Virus record (IMG/VR): IMGVR_UViG_3300013121_000017
Coordinates: 128,001-192,000 of that record
DNA length: 64,000 bases
Direction: 5' to 3' (one strand)
Origin: a virus
Lineage: Duplodnaviria > Caudoviricetes
The notes under the pieces were generated by a model. The model made no database searches. It saw nothing but the letters and a program-made list of their open reading frames with translations, and was not told where the DNA came from. Position numbers and translations under genes: made by a program. Below, piece after piece: positions 54,910 through 64,000 of the stretch. How positions within the stretch are numbered: the stretch's first letter is position 1; every line of letters starts with the position of its first letter.

Positions 54910-56543
54910 CAATGGCGAACCTCATGCCGGAAGAAGAACAAGTCATCCAGAACCTGCTCGCTTCCGTCAAGGGGGAAAATCCCGTCCGCTTCGGGTGGGA
55001 CGAAAACTTCCAACGGCGGCTCCTGTCCTTGTTGCTCACCGACACCTACTTCCTCATCCAGTCACAGTCCCTGATCAAGTCGTCGTACTTCACCAATGAA
55101 GCACACGTTTTGGCGTGTGACGCCCTCTTCGAGTTGTTCGCGAAGTACAAGTCAATCCCTGAGAAGTTCATCTTGCTCCAGGCGGTGCAAGACAAATTGA
55201 AGGGGCGTGATGATGCTGTCAAACTCGCCTTCATGGCCGAGGTTGAGAGTGTCTACGACTACTACGTTCCCGGCCTCAGCACCCGCGAAGTGTTGTTGGA
55301 TCGTCTGACGACCTTCAGTCGCGCCCAGTCCACACGCATGGCCTGCAACAAGGTCATGAAGATGATCCTCGACAAGCCGGAAGACGAAAAGACGTGGACC
55401 GAGGTCGATGAGATCCTGCGAGAGTCGTTGCTCGTCCAACGCGGCATGGATGTCGGCTTCGAGTATTTCCTTTCGATTGACGAGATGTTCCGCAAGATGA
55501 AGGAGCAGCAGGAAGCAGGCGAGAAGTTCACCACCGGCATCGACTGGATCAATGAGCGGTTGTCTGGCGGCACGCCGAAACGCGGCGAGCTTTATGCCTG
55601 GATTGGTCTGCCTGGACGCGGCAAGTCCATGCTGTTGGCCCAGGCCGCGACTGACAACGCCAAGCTCGGCCACAAGGTCTGTTACATCTCGTTGGAGATG
55701 GACGATCTCGAAGTGGCGAAGCGTATTACGGCCCAGTTCACCGGCAGCGATGTGAACTACCTGTGGGACAACCGGGAAACGATCAAGCAGGAGATCGATT
55801 TCAGAAACAAGACTGCCACGGAGCAGGGCGGTGAAGTCAACAATCTCATCATCCGCCAGTTCCCAGGCGGCACGGTCGATGTCAACTTCGTTCGCGCCTA
55901 CGTTGCCCACCTGAAACTCTACGGCTTCAAGCCGGACGTTCTGATCATCGACTACGCCGGTGAGTTCAAGGAAGATCCGAATATCCCAGGCTGGGAAGCC
56001 AAGTACCGCATCATGCGTGACCTGCGGGCGATGGCGATCATGGAGAACATGGTCATCTTCACCGCCGTCCAGCCGAACAAGACCGCTGCCGAATTGACGG
56101 AACTGCATCAGTACATTGACGAATCCAACATCGGCGGTTCGTTCGACCAGTTCAAGCCGCTCGACGGCTTCTGGTCGATCAACCAGTTGACGTGTGAGAA
56201 AGTGGCGAAAGTTGGCCGGGTCTTCATCATCAAACACCGCTCTGGCAAAAGCCAGGAAGCGTGTTGCGTGGAGTTTGACTATTCGTCTATGCGAATCAGT
56301 CGTATCGGAAATGACACGCACACGAAGCGTGTGCAAGCTCACGCCGCGAATGCGGCTCAAGACATCGACAACTCATCGAAGTTCAGCCCGAAGGGCGGCG
56401 GTGCGAAACGCAAGAAGCAGGAACCTTACGACCCCAACAAGTCAGACAAGATAGAGCCAGATACTTGTACATACGATCCGGGTGAAGGGAAGACGGATTC
56501 CGCCGGCCAACCACCCAAAGAAAACCCACAAGAACAGGAGTAA
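54906..56543 (+). CDS. replicative DnaB-like helicase (T4 gp41-like)
   Basis: GLPGRGKS, ISLEM, IIDY, TAVQ, IKHR. Confidence 0.9.
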   Translation: MTMANLMPEEEQVIQNLLASVKGENPVRFGWDENFQRRLLSLLLTDTYFLIQSQSLIKSSYFTNEAHVLACDALFELFAKYKSIPEKFILLQAVQDKLKGRDDAVKLAFMAEVESVYDYYVPGLSTREVLLDRLTTFSRAQSTRMACNKVMKMILDKPEDEKTWTEVDEILRESLLVQRGMDVGFEYFLSIDEMFRKMKEQQEAGEKFTTGIDWINERLSGGTPKRGELYAWIGLPGRGKSMLLAQAATDNAKLGHKVCYISLEMDDLEVAKRITAQFTGSDVNYLWDNRETIKQEIDFRNKTATEQGGEVNNLIIRQFPGGTVDVNFVRAYVAHLKLYGFKPDVLIIDYAGEFKEDPNIPGWEAKYRIMRDLRAMAIMENMVIFTAVQPNKTAAELTELHQYIDESNIGGSFDQFKPLDGFWSINQLTCEKVAKVGRVFIIKHRSGKSQEACCVEFDYSSMRISRIGNDTHTKRVQAHAANAAQDIDNSSKFSPKGGGAKRKKQEPYDPNKSDKIEPDTCTYDPGEGKTDSAGQPPKENPQEQE

Positions 56544-56546
56544 ACC

Positions 56547-57176
56547 ATGTCTGATCTGCCCGGATTCGGAGAGAAGCGAACATTCACCCTGGACGGCAAC
56601 GAGATCGTCCTTGACCCCGCGAACCTCAAGTTCTCGGACCCCACCCTGAACCAATTCTTCGAGTTGGTGTCAGGATACTGTGACTACTACGGCCAGAAGC
56701 TGGCCGACGCCAACCGTGCCGTCGCCAAGGCGGAAGCCCTTTTTGAGCGACTGTACATCCAGAAGTTCAGGGAGTTCCGTGAAGGTGTCGGCGGCGAGTC
56801 TGGCAAGAGCGAGAAAACCAGCGAACTCTACGCCAAGTCTGAACCCGAGGTCGTCAAGGCAAAGGCCGGCGTCCACGAAGCGACGTTCATCCGCGACTCG
56901 GTCTGGAACCACCTGAAAGCCTTGAACGCCGCTCGGGAAGACGCTCACAATCGCGGCCACTTCCTTCGCAAGGAGCTTGACAAGCTCAACATGGAGGTGC
57001 GTGCCACGACGTATGAGATGTCGCATTCAGCCGAAGAGCCGCAACAAGGGCCAACCATCAGCGAGCCGGTTCAACAGCGAAGTGGCGTTCAGAAGAAACG
57101 AAGCTGGCCCCGTGAAGACGACCCGGAAATGGAAGCCCTGTTCCAGCAGGCACAGGCAAAACAGAATGGAGGGTGA
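56547..57176 (+). CDS. UvsY-like recombination mediator
   Basis: helical protein adjacent to the helicase; weak resemblance only. Confidence 0.5.
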   Translation: MSDLPGFGEKRTFTLDGNEIVLDPANLKFSDPTLNQFFELVSGYCDYYGQKLADANRAVAKAEALFERLYIQKFREFREGVGGESGKSEKTSELYAKSEPEVVKAKAGVHEATFIRDSVWNHLKALNAAREDAHNRGHFLRKELDKLNMEVRATTYEMSHSAEEPQQGPTISEPVQQRSGVQKKRSWPREDDPEMEALFQQAQAKQNGG

Positions 57177-57178
57177 AG

Positions 57179-58762
57179 ATGACCAAGCCGTTCTACATCA
57201 CCACGGCAATCGACTACCCCAATGCACTGCCGCACATCGGAACCGCCTTCGAGAAGGTCGGGGCCGATGTGCAGGCTCGCTTTCAGGAGATGCTCGACCG
57301 CAAGGTCTACTTCCTGATGGGGAACGACGAGAACACCCAGAAGGTCGCCCGTGCTGCTCACAAGCAAGGCGAGGAAGTCTGTCGCTACGTCAACGGCATG
57401 GCGGCGAACTTCAAGCACGCATGGCGACGGCTGGACATCGGGTACAGTCGATTCTGCCAAACCTCAGAGATCGTTCATCACGACTTCTGCAAGAAGTTCG
57501 CCCAGCGGGTGATGGACAATGGGTACATCTACTCGAAGCTTTACGAGGGGCTGTACTGCGCCGAGTGCGAGGAGTTCAAGCAGTCGGTTGTCAACGGTGA
57601 ATGCGAAACACACCCAGGCATTCCACTCCAGACTCGCAAGGAGCGGAACTGGTTCTTCGCCTGGAATCTGTTCAGGGAGAAACTGCTCCAACTGTATGCC
57701 GACAAGAAAATCAGGATCTACCCGGAGCATCGCCAAACGGAGATGGTCAAGTTCATCGAGAGCGATCTCAAGGACATCTCGATCAGCCGCCAGAACCAGG
57801 GGTGGGGTATCGAGGTTCCGTGGGACCAGTCCCAGGTTCTGTACGTCTGGTTCGACGCCTTGTTGAATTACCTGACGTTTGCAAACGGCAACTGGCCTGC
57901 GGACGTGCATGTGATCGGCAAGGACATCGTCCGATTCCACGGTGCGTTGTTGCCTGCCATGATCATGGCGTACAACGCCAACGTCATGGAGGAGACTCAC
58001 AAGGACGCCCTGGCTTTGCCGCACACGATCTTCTCGCACGGGTTCATCTGCAAGAAGACGGCGACGGGCTTGACGAAGTTCAGCAAGTCGGGGGAGAACC
58101 TCGGCCCGGCTGGGCTGGTGGATGCGTTCGGCTCGGACGGCTACCGTTATACGTTCATGAAGGCCGCGAATTTCGCCGACGACGGCGAATACGAGTTCGG
58201 CATCTTCGCCGAGACTTACAACGCGGACCTCGTCAACAAGTACGGCAACTTGTTCAGCCGCGTCTGCCGTCTTGGTCTGACGAAGCTTGGCGGTGTCATT
58301 CCCGGCGTTACCTACGTTCCGACACAGGGGTTGCCGCCGGGCGGCAAGAACTTCAACCCGCCGACGCTCGGTGCGGTCAACGTGTGGGCTGATCACATGA
58401 GGAAGTTCGAGTACCGGGACGCCCTCGTCCTTGTCATGGACATCGTGGATCAGACGAACAAGATGCTGGATGAACGGAAGCCGTGGGCCGAGGACGCGGT
58501 GGATGTTCCTGGGACGTTGGCCATCGCTGCCCGCGCCGTCAAGGCGGTGGCTGGCATGCTCGGGCCAGTCTGTCCCCAGACCAGCAAGATCGTCTGGGAC
58601 ACCCTTCAGTACGACGGCGACCCAGGCTTTGACAAGCTCTGTGTTGAGACGATTGAAGGGTACGTCATTTCCAGTCTGCCATTGACTATTGACCAGAATC
58701 GGGTACAAGAAGGGAAGGTTCCTATCTTGTTTCCCCGATTCAAGGTCAAGGAAAATGGTTGA
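57179..58762 (+). CDS. metG: methionyl-tRNA synthetase, short form
   Basis: YITTAIDYPN...HIGT, ISISR, YVWFDAL, GKDI...FH, KFSKS. Confidence 0.93.
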   Translation: MTKPFYITTAIDYPNALPHIGTAFEKVGADVQARFQEMLDRKVYFLMGNDENTQKVARAAHKQGEEVCRYVNGMAANFKHAWRRLDIGYSRFCQTSEIVHHDFCKKFAQRVMDNGYIYSKLYEGLYCAECEEFKQSVVNGECETHPGIPLQTRKERNWFFAWNLFREKLLQLYADKKIRIYPEHRQTEMVKFIESDLKDISISRQNQGWGIEVPWDQSQVLYVWFDALLNYLTFANGNWPADVHVIGKDIVRFHGALLPAMIMAYNANVMEETHKDALALPHTIFSHGFICKKTATGLTKFSKSGENLGPAGLVDAFGSDGYRYTFMKAANFADDGEYEFGIFAETYNADLVNKYGNLFSRVCRLGLTKLGGVIPGVTYVPTQGLPPGGKNFNPPTLGAVNVWADHMRKFEYRDALVLVMDIVDQTNKMLDERKPWAEDAVDVPGTLAIAARAVKAVAGMLGPVCPQTSKIVWDTLQYDGDPGFDKLCVETIEGYVISSLPLTIDQNRVQEGKVPILFPRFKVKENG

Positions 58763-59528
58763 TCCAGTCAACTGCACAAACTTCTCCAGGGACCAATACG
58801 CCCTGGAGGAGTATGCACTCTTCAGCATATTGGTAGCGAACAAGCCCGCCCTCCGTACCGCGTCGATGCTGGACAAGCTGCTCAAATCGCTTCCAGGCAA
58901 GCTCCCCTTCAAGAAACTAGCCAAGTACAGTCTCGCTGAGATGCAGGAACTGCTCAAGAAGTGGCGGTTCGGCTGCCATACAATGAAGGGGCGGGGTCTT
59001 CACCAACTTGTCAACAAAGGTCTTGACCTGAAGACGTGTTCTGTGGATGATCTTGAAGAGATATGTGGGATCAGCAAGAAGACATCCCGCTTCTTTTTGC
59101 TTCATAGTCGGGAAGGTCAACAGTACATTCCGCTCGACACCCACATCCTGAAGTTTCTGCGGGATCAGGGGATTAAGAAAGTCCCCAAGACGACGCCGTC
59201 GTCCAACAAGAGATACTGTGAACTAGAAGCTCACGCCTTACGATTTGCGAAGGAGCGGAACATGACGCCCGCCGAATTCGACTTGTCTGTTTGGCGGCAT
59301 TACAGCGGCAACACGAAAGCCGAGGAACGTCATGACGCAGATCAAGGAACACCACGTCAAGAAGTACATGCGACTCGCCAAACAGGTCGGCGAGGACAAC
59401 AACCCGTGCTACTCAAGACACATCGGGGTCGTGATCGTCAATCCAGCCCACCACAGGATCGTGGGGACCGGGTACAACGGCCCGCCAAGGGACACGCCTC
59501 ACTGCGACGACGCGGAGTACCTGCGTGA
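58755..59528 (+). CDS. HhH DNA glycosylase-like protein
   Basis: LEEICGISKKTSRFFL...LDTHILKFL; the frame runs on into the next gene. Confidence 0.8.
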   Translation: MVDPVNCTNFSRDQYALEEYALFSILVANKPALRTASMLDKLLKSLPGKLPFKKLAKYSLAEMQELLKKWRFGCHTMKGRGLHQLVNKGLDLKTCSVDDLEEICGISKKTSRFFLLHSREGQQYIPLDTHILKFLRDQGIKKVPKTTPSSNKRYCELEAHALRFAKERNMTPAEFDLSVWRHYSGNTKAEERHDADQGTPRQEVHATRQTGRRGQQPVLLKTHRGRDRQSSPPQDRGDRVQRPAKGHASLRRRGVPA

Positions 59529-59952
59529 TGTCGTCTATCCTCAACTGACCGAAGACGAGAAGGCGTACTTCCGACAGAACAGCAATCCAATCAATTTCGA
59601 GACGCTGGAGTGCGAAGGCTTTGTCGCAACCGCCGCCAACTGCAAGACGTGTCCGAGAAAGCTGGTCGGTGCAAAGTCAGGGCAGCGACTTGAATTATGT
59701 TCGTGCGCCCATGCCGAAACGAACGCGATCACGAACTCAGGACAGGATCTGAAGGACTGCGTGATGTTTTGCTGGTGCGGCGTGCCGTGCTACGAATGCA
59801 CCAAGCTCATCATCAATTCTGGAATCAAGACTGTCTACGTCATTAACTGGGGAGCCGACTACAGCACGGGTAGTCGCTGGCTCTTCAAGAAGGCTGGCGT
59901 GACGATACACGAACACCTGCCTGCCTACTACCTCGAAGGAGAGGCCGCATGA
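59332..59952 (+). CDS. dCMP deaminase family protein
   Basis: TGYNG, HAETNAI, PCYEC. Confidence 0.9.
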   Translation: MTQIKEHHVKKYMRLAKQVGEDNNPCYSRHIGVVIVNPAHHRIVGTGYNGPPRDTPHCDDAEYLRDVVYPQLTEDEKAYFRQNSNPINFETLECEGFVATAANCKTCPRKLVGAKSGQRLELCSCAHAETNAITNSGQDLKDCVMFCWCGVPCYECTKLIINSGIKTVYVINWGADYSTGSRWLFKKAGVTIHEHLPAYYLEGEAA

Positions 59953-60185
59953 TCGTGCTTCACGAAGACGACACCCAGATTCTCCGTTGGAATGGCCGCA
60001 GTGTTCAGCTTGAGAACAAGAAAACTGGGGTCGTCGGCGTGATGGAGATTGATGGCCCCACGGTCATTTTCGGCAGTCTGAGCCGGATGGAGTTGCTCCA
60101 CATCCAGGGAAATGTGGTTGTTAGCTGCTTTGCCGATGAACCTGCGGGAAATGACGACGAAGAATACGAAGATGAGGACGTGTGA
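59949..60185 (+). CDS. hypothetical protein
   Basis: ATGA-coupled ORF. Confidence 0.6.
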   Translation: MIVLHEDDTQILRWNGRSVQLENKKTGVVGVMEIDGPTVIFGSLSRMELLHIQGNVVVSCFADEPAGNDDEEYEDEDV

Positions 60186-60339
60186 GAATAGATAGAGTAC
60201 CTGTCTTCGTGCGAGCTACCAACTGTTCACCCCGTTCGTGAAAGCGGGAGAGATCAGATGCCGCACCGGAATTAGGCCGTCACGACCTTGTTGGCGCGTT
60301 GCCATCCAGGGGCCGAATGCCAATAGTCTGAAAAAGACG

Positions 60340-60376
60340 AGTAAGGGGTGCAGAGTGCTGCACCCCTTACTTTTTT
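60340..60376 (+). terminator. intrinsic terminator
   Basis: AGTAAGGGGTGCAG/CTGCACCCCTTACT plus T-tract. Confidence 0.8.
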
Positions 60377-60382
60377 ACAGGC

Positions 60383-61003
60383 ATGACCACCGCCGAACTC
60401 AAGTCCCAGATCGAAGACTTTCTCTCGAAGCCGTTCAATGCCAGGGTACTTCTCAACACCGCCCGGCTCATCAACGAGAACGACCGCCGTGCCTCGGCCT
60501 ATACCGATCCCAACTACATTCCCTTCTATTACCATCTCGGCAAGCTGATCAAACCCAAATCCGTGGTCGAGATTGGAGTGCGTCTGGGCCTCACCGGGTC
60601 TGCATTGGCGTGGTCTTGTGGTTCCATCGAGCGGTATTTGGCTTTACAGGAGTCGAACGCGACGGACTATTACTCGATTAGGCTGGCCAGGGCTAACATC
60701 CGCGATCATTTCAAGGGTGAGCTATATACCCACGTCGGATCTGTTGAGGATGACGAGTTTTCGGCTCTGCTGGAGGCTCAGGAGTGGGATCTGGCGATCA
60801 TTAACGACGAGGTCAGTTATGATCGCCACCTGCTCCTCCTTGAAACGGTGTGGGAACGAATTGCGATGGGTGGGTGGCTCGTATGCGACTATGTCGAGAG
60901 TCACCGTCCTGCGAGACGAGCATGGGATGGATTCTGTAAGGCTAGGAACCGGACACCCGAGTTCATCAGCACCAGATACGGCGTATCCATCGTGCAGAAA
61001 TGA
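60383..61003 (+). CDS. class I SAM methyltransferase-like (Methyltransf_24-type)
   Basis: VVEIGVRLG, WDLAII, GGWLVCD. Confidence 0.75.
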   Translation: MTTAELKSQIEDFLSKPFNARVLLNTARLINENDRRASAYTDPNYIPFYYHLGKLIKPKSVVEIGVRLGLTGSALAWSCGSIERYLALQESNATDYYSIRLARANIRDHFKGELYTHVGSVEDDEFSALLEAQEWDLAIINDEVSYDRHLLLLETVWERIAMGGWLVCDYVESHRPARRAWDGFCKARNRTPEFISTRYGVSIVQK

Positions 61004-61009
61004 AAGGGG

Positions 61010-61768
61010 ATGAGACAAATGGGATATGAAATCGTTTTCAGCTACTTCGAGGAGATCGAAGGTAGCGATGGCGAGTACAATCGGGACGAGACGAAGACCA
61101 TGAAGAAGCGGATCGGTGATCCGTATGAAGAGGTCACGCTCGACAGGTGTGCTGGCGCTATCCTGGCACAACTGGCACGTCGCGACATCTGGGTAAAAGA
61201 TGTTGATGTGTACGAGGTGTCAAAGAAGAAGATCGCCTACAAGGCATCCAAAGGGTCCATAATCCTGAAGAACAAGAAATACCGCATGGACGGAAGTGCG
61301 GAGATCATCTCTCAGGAAATTCAAGAAGGCCCAACAACTCCCTCTAATACTGCCGTTGCCCTGGTCCCCGAAGGCGGGCAGCAAATGGTTCCCGCACCTG
61401 CCAGTGGCGGTGGACACCCGCACAATCGTGGTGTTCTCAGACCAATCAAGTGGGTCATGTTCCAGCCGTCCTACAAGCCGGACGACGCGGCAGTCAAGGC
61501 GAAGCTAAAATTACTCAGGTTCACCGTGGACAAGAAGTATCCTGTGTTTGCCGAGCAACTTCAGGCCAATCAAGTTGGGATGGCCTATCGGACCATTGAT
61601 GACTTGGGTCGCGAACAGTTGGTTTCCGACGAGTATTTTGTTCCGGCGGACGCTCAGTTGCTTATGGACAGGGAACTTGGCTTCAGCGAAAGCCCGGACA
61701 AGCGAGATGGTGGCGTCCTCCAGTGGGGCGGGGCCATCCGAGAAGACAACATGCCGAAACTGAGGTGA
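61010..61768 (+). CDS. hypothetical protein
   Basis: 252-aa ORF in operon. Confidence 0.75.
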   Translation: MRQMGYEIVFSYFEEIEGSDGEYNRDETKTMKKRIGDPYEEVTLDRCAGAILAQLARRDIWVKDVDVYEVSKKKIAYKASKGSIILKNKKYRMDGSAEIISQEIQEGPTTPSNTAVALVPEGGQQMVPAPASGGGHPHNRGVLRPIKWVMFQPSYKPDDAAVKAKLKLLRFTVDKKYPVFAEQLQANQVGMAYRTIDDLGREQLVSDEYFVPADAQLLMDRELGFSESPDKRDGGVLQWGGAIREDNMPKLR

Positions 61769-61772
61769 TTGA

Positions 61773-62234
61773 ATGGCAAGTGAAAAGCAAAAGTTCAAGA
61801 AGCGGAAGGAACGCGAACGGGCCGTAGCCGCCAAGATGTTGCGTCGGCGTGAGGCCATCCGCAAGGCCAAGAAGGAAGAGCAGGCGAAGGAAGCGGCTCT
61901 GGAGAAGGAATACTTCGAGCGGCGCGGCGACCCGACTTTGACGGAAGAGCAACGTAACGACATGTTGGAAAAGCTCACCGGCAAGGCGGTCAAGAAGTTG
62001 ACGCCAGAGGAAGTCGCCCAGCGTGACCAAGTCATCATTGCCCGCCTCAAGGCAAACATCGCCTATCTCGAAGAGCTTGAGAAGCAGTACCTCGCCGAGA
62101 AGGAAGCTCGGGAATCGACCAACAAGATCCTTGAGACTCAAGGGGCTGTTACAATGGAAGAGAAGCTCGAACTGATGAAGAAGATGCAGCAGGACAAGCT
62201 GAAAGACAAACCGCCCGAGATCATCATCCCGTAG
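61773..62234 (+). CDS. hypothetical charged helical protein
   Basis: 153-aa ORF. Confidence 0.7.
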   Translation: MASEKQKFKKRKERERAVAAKMLRRREAIRKAKKEEQAKEAALEKEYFERRGDPTLTEEQRNDMLEKLTGKAVKKLTPEEVAQRDQVIIARLKANIAYLEELEKQYLAEKEARESTNKILETQGAVTMEEKLELMKKMQQDKLKDKPPEIIIP

Positions 62235-62242
62235 GAGGAAGA

Positions 62243-62635
62243 ATGTTTGCTTGGCTAAGAAAGCTGTACTGGAAAGGTGAGATCCCACCGAAGCCGTGTG
62301 AAAAGACCCTCGACTGGCCAGATGAAGAGGAATGGGTCTTCAACTACGAGACGTGGCGTTGGGAGGCTGAGTTGAAGGAAAATCCCTTCAGCGACGGATG
62401 GGAAGAGAGATGGGAAGCGGTTGAAGAAAACGCCCCCGTCAACCTCGATGACATCCCCCACGCCGTTATTGTGGAAGACAAACCTTCACACGTTTGTTGC
62501 GGGGGCCACTGTCATATCGTTCAAGCACCTCCGGTTGTGTCTGTAGTCCAGACGGAGCCGCCGCCGGTCTTGTCTGTCGTGGAAACTGACGTGCCAAAAG
62601 CCCCGAGTCAGGAACCAGTCATCGTTTCGCGCTGA
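62243..62635 (+). CDS. hypothetical protein
   Basis: GGAGG SD. Confidence 0.6.
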   Translation: MFAWLRKLYWKGEIPPKPCEKTLDWPDEEEWVFNYETWRWEAELKENPFSDGWEERWEAVEENAPVNLDDIPHAVIVEDKPSHVCCGGHCHIVQAPPVVSVVQTEPPPVLSVVETDVPKAPSQEPVIVSR

Positions 62636-62658
62636 AACCCCCTTCAAGAGTAGAAAAC

Positions 62659-62695
62659 AGGAGCGACCAGAAAAATCTGGTCGCTCCTTCTTTTT
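62659..62695 (+). terminator. intrinsic terminator
   Basis: AGGAGCGACCAGA/TCTGGTCGCTCCT plus T-tract. Confidence 0.75.
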
Positions 62696-62730
62696 GGTCT
62701 TTACAAGTCAGGGGTATTGGACGATTATTG

Positions 62731-62836
62731 TGGTTGTCACGGAGACGTGACGCCCTGTCATGTTTGACGGGGCCAACCGACTACTACCGTCTCCACTACC
62801 GTCTCACTACCGTCACACTACGAAAGGACTACCGTC
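62731..62836 (+). promoter_or_regulatory. structured and repetitive SSB mRNA leader
   Basis: two hairpins then ACTACCGTC repeats up to the ATG. Confidence 0.65.
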
Positions 62837-63904
62837 ATGGCCAAGATCGAATTCGAGGCATTGGACCTCAACGAGATCGCCAACGAAGCACAGCGGGCCA
62901 ACACCGACCCGCGCCAGAAGAAGGGCAACGCCGACTACTTCTTCATGGAGAAGGATGGCTATGCCATCATTCGCTTCCTCCCCAAGATCAAGGGAACCCG
63001 CTTCTTCCAAGAGACGCGGATACACGCCCTCAACAGCGGCTCCAACAAGCGTCAATTCCACTGCACCCGTGTCCTGACCAAGAAGCCGGACGGCAAGACC
63101 GTCTGGATGCCGCCCCAGGACGGCCCGGACTGCGTCATCTGCAAGTATTACAACCACCTCTGGCAGAAGGGCGACCGCCTCTCTGGCAAGGCGAAGGAAG
63201 ACATGCAGAACGCGGCTCGCAAGCTGCGTCCCTACGAGCGGTACTACTACAACGTCATCGTTCGTGAGTACCTCAACCCCACCACGAAGAAGGTCGAGAA
63301 GAACGCCGGCCCGCTCATCTTCTCCTGCGGCAAGGAACTGCACGCCAAGATCATGACCGCTATGGTCGGCGACACGCAGACCGGCATCAAGAAGCTCGGC
63401 GACATCTCGCACCCGGTCACGGGCCGCGACTTCCGCTACGTCAAGAAGACGGTCACTGGTTCGGGCGGCATGCAGTACGCCAGCTACGACCAGTCCACGT
63501 TCGAGGATGTCTGCCCGCTCGGCTCGGACGACGAGATCCAAGACTGGATGGGCAAGCTCCACAACCTCGCTGGCCTCCGCAAGCTGGCCGACGAAGCGAC
63601 GATGAACCGCGCCCTGAAGGTCCACCTGGGCGTTCTGCCGCCGGAAGACGACGACTTCGACTACAGCCAGTTCGAGGGCGGTTCCGCCGGCAACGGCGGT
63701 GAGTCCGAGTTCGCGGAGATGGACCGCAAGTCCACCTCCACCACCGTGGCAGTGACCGAAGCCCCGCCGGCTGCCAAGAAGCCGCTGGTCAAGCAGGAGA
63801 AGACCGAGAAGCCCGTCTCCGACAAGAAGGAGAAGGGCGCACCGCTCGATCTCGCCGCCGACCCGGAGTTCATGGCGGAACTCGACAAGCTCGACAATGA
63901 ATGA
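62837..63904 (+). CDS. single-stranded DNA-binding protein (T4 gp32-like)
   Basis: GYAIIRFLP, DCVICKY, YYYNVIV, GRDF, YDQSTF, acidic tail. Confidence 0.88.
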   Translation: MAKIEFEALDLNEIANEAQRANTDPRQKKGNADYFFMEKDGYAIIRFLPKIKGTRFFQETRIHALNSGSNKRQFHCTRVLTKKPDGKTVWMPPQDGPDCVICKYYNHLWQKGDRLSGKAKEDMQNAARKLRPYERYYYNVIVREYLNPTTKKVEKNAGPLIFSCGKELHAKIMTAMVGDTQTGIKKLGDISHPVTGRDFRYVKKTVTGSGGMQYASYDQSTFEDVCPLGSDDEIQDWMGKLHNLAGLRKLADEATMNRALKVHLGVLPPEDDDFDYSQFEGGSAGNGGESEFAEMDRKSTSTTVAVTEAPPAAKKPLVKQEKTEKPVSDKKEKGAPLDLAADPEFMAELDKLDNE

Positions 63905-64000
63905 TTTCTGGCGGTGCTGTGACCCAAGTGGCGTCGTCTTACTGACCCAGAACTCGATGTCCAGTACCGCCAGTCAATCAGTCGGATGGCGATGATGGCC

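Noticed and set aside
59332-59528. 197-nt overlap of glycosylase and deaminase ORFs as dual coding
   Set aside because: Glycosylase similarity ends near 59310; the extension is probably a lost stop codon.
1-64000. Alternative genetic code
   Set aside because: Core genes are intact in the standard code, all three stop codons are used, and there is no convincing suppressor tRNA.

Overview
This is a 64-kb segment of a large T4-like/jumbo dsDNA bacteriophage genome (roughly 55-60% GC); HEAT-like secreted proteins tentatively suggest a Planctomycetota-type host. It carries nucleotide metabolism genes (pyrG, class II RNR, Nudix-TMK fusion, dCMP deaminase) and recombination/replication genes (resolvase, gp46/gp47, Dda, UvsW, family A polymerase, gp41 helicase, UvsY-like, gp32 SSB). 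It also has translation factors (MetRS, Trbp111-like, RRF, Map, CsrA), a sugar-modification island, several homing endonucleases, and an ~8-kb array with 17 canonical tRNAs restricted to Leu, Ser, Tyr and Phe. The top finding is a 29-codon leader peptide ahead of this array with 15 consecutive Phe/Ser/Leu/Tyr codons and complete 1:2, 2:3, 3:4 attenuator pairings. This looks like a ribosome-mediated sensor that would switch on the phage tRNAs when the matching tRNAs are depleted. Other highlights are four YrlA/Y-RNA-like tRNA mimics with different circular permutations, an RRF gene whose ATG opens only an M-R-D-stop mini-ORF, a promoter- and terminator-bounded ~490-nt non-coding transcript sharing repeats with the SSB leader, and a regulon of apparently leaderless late genes with T4-like capsid-targeting N-termini. 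All calls come from reading the sequence by eye; no searches were run.
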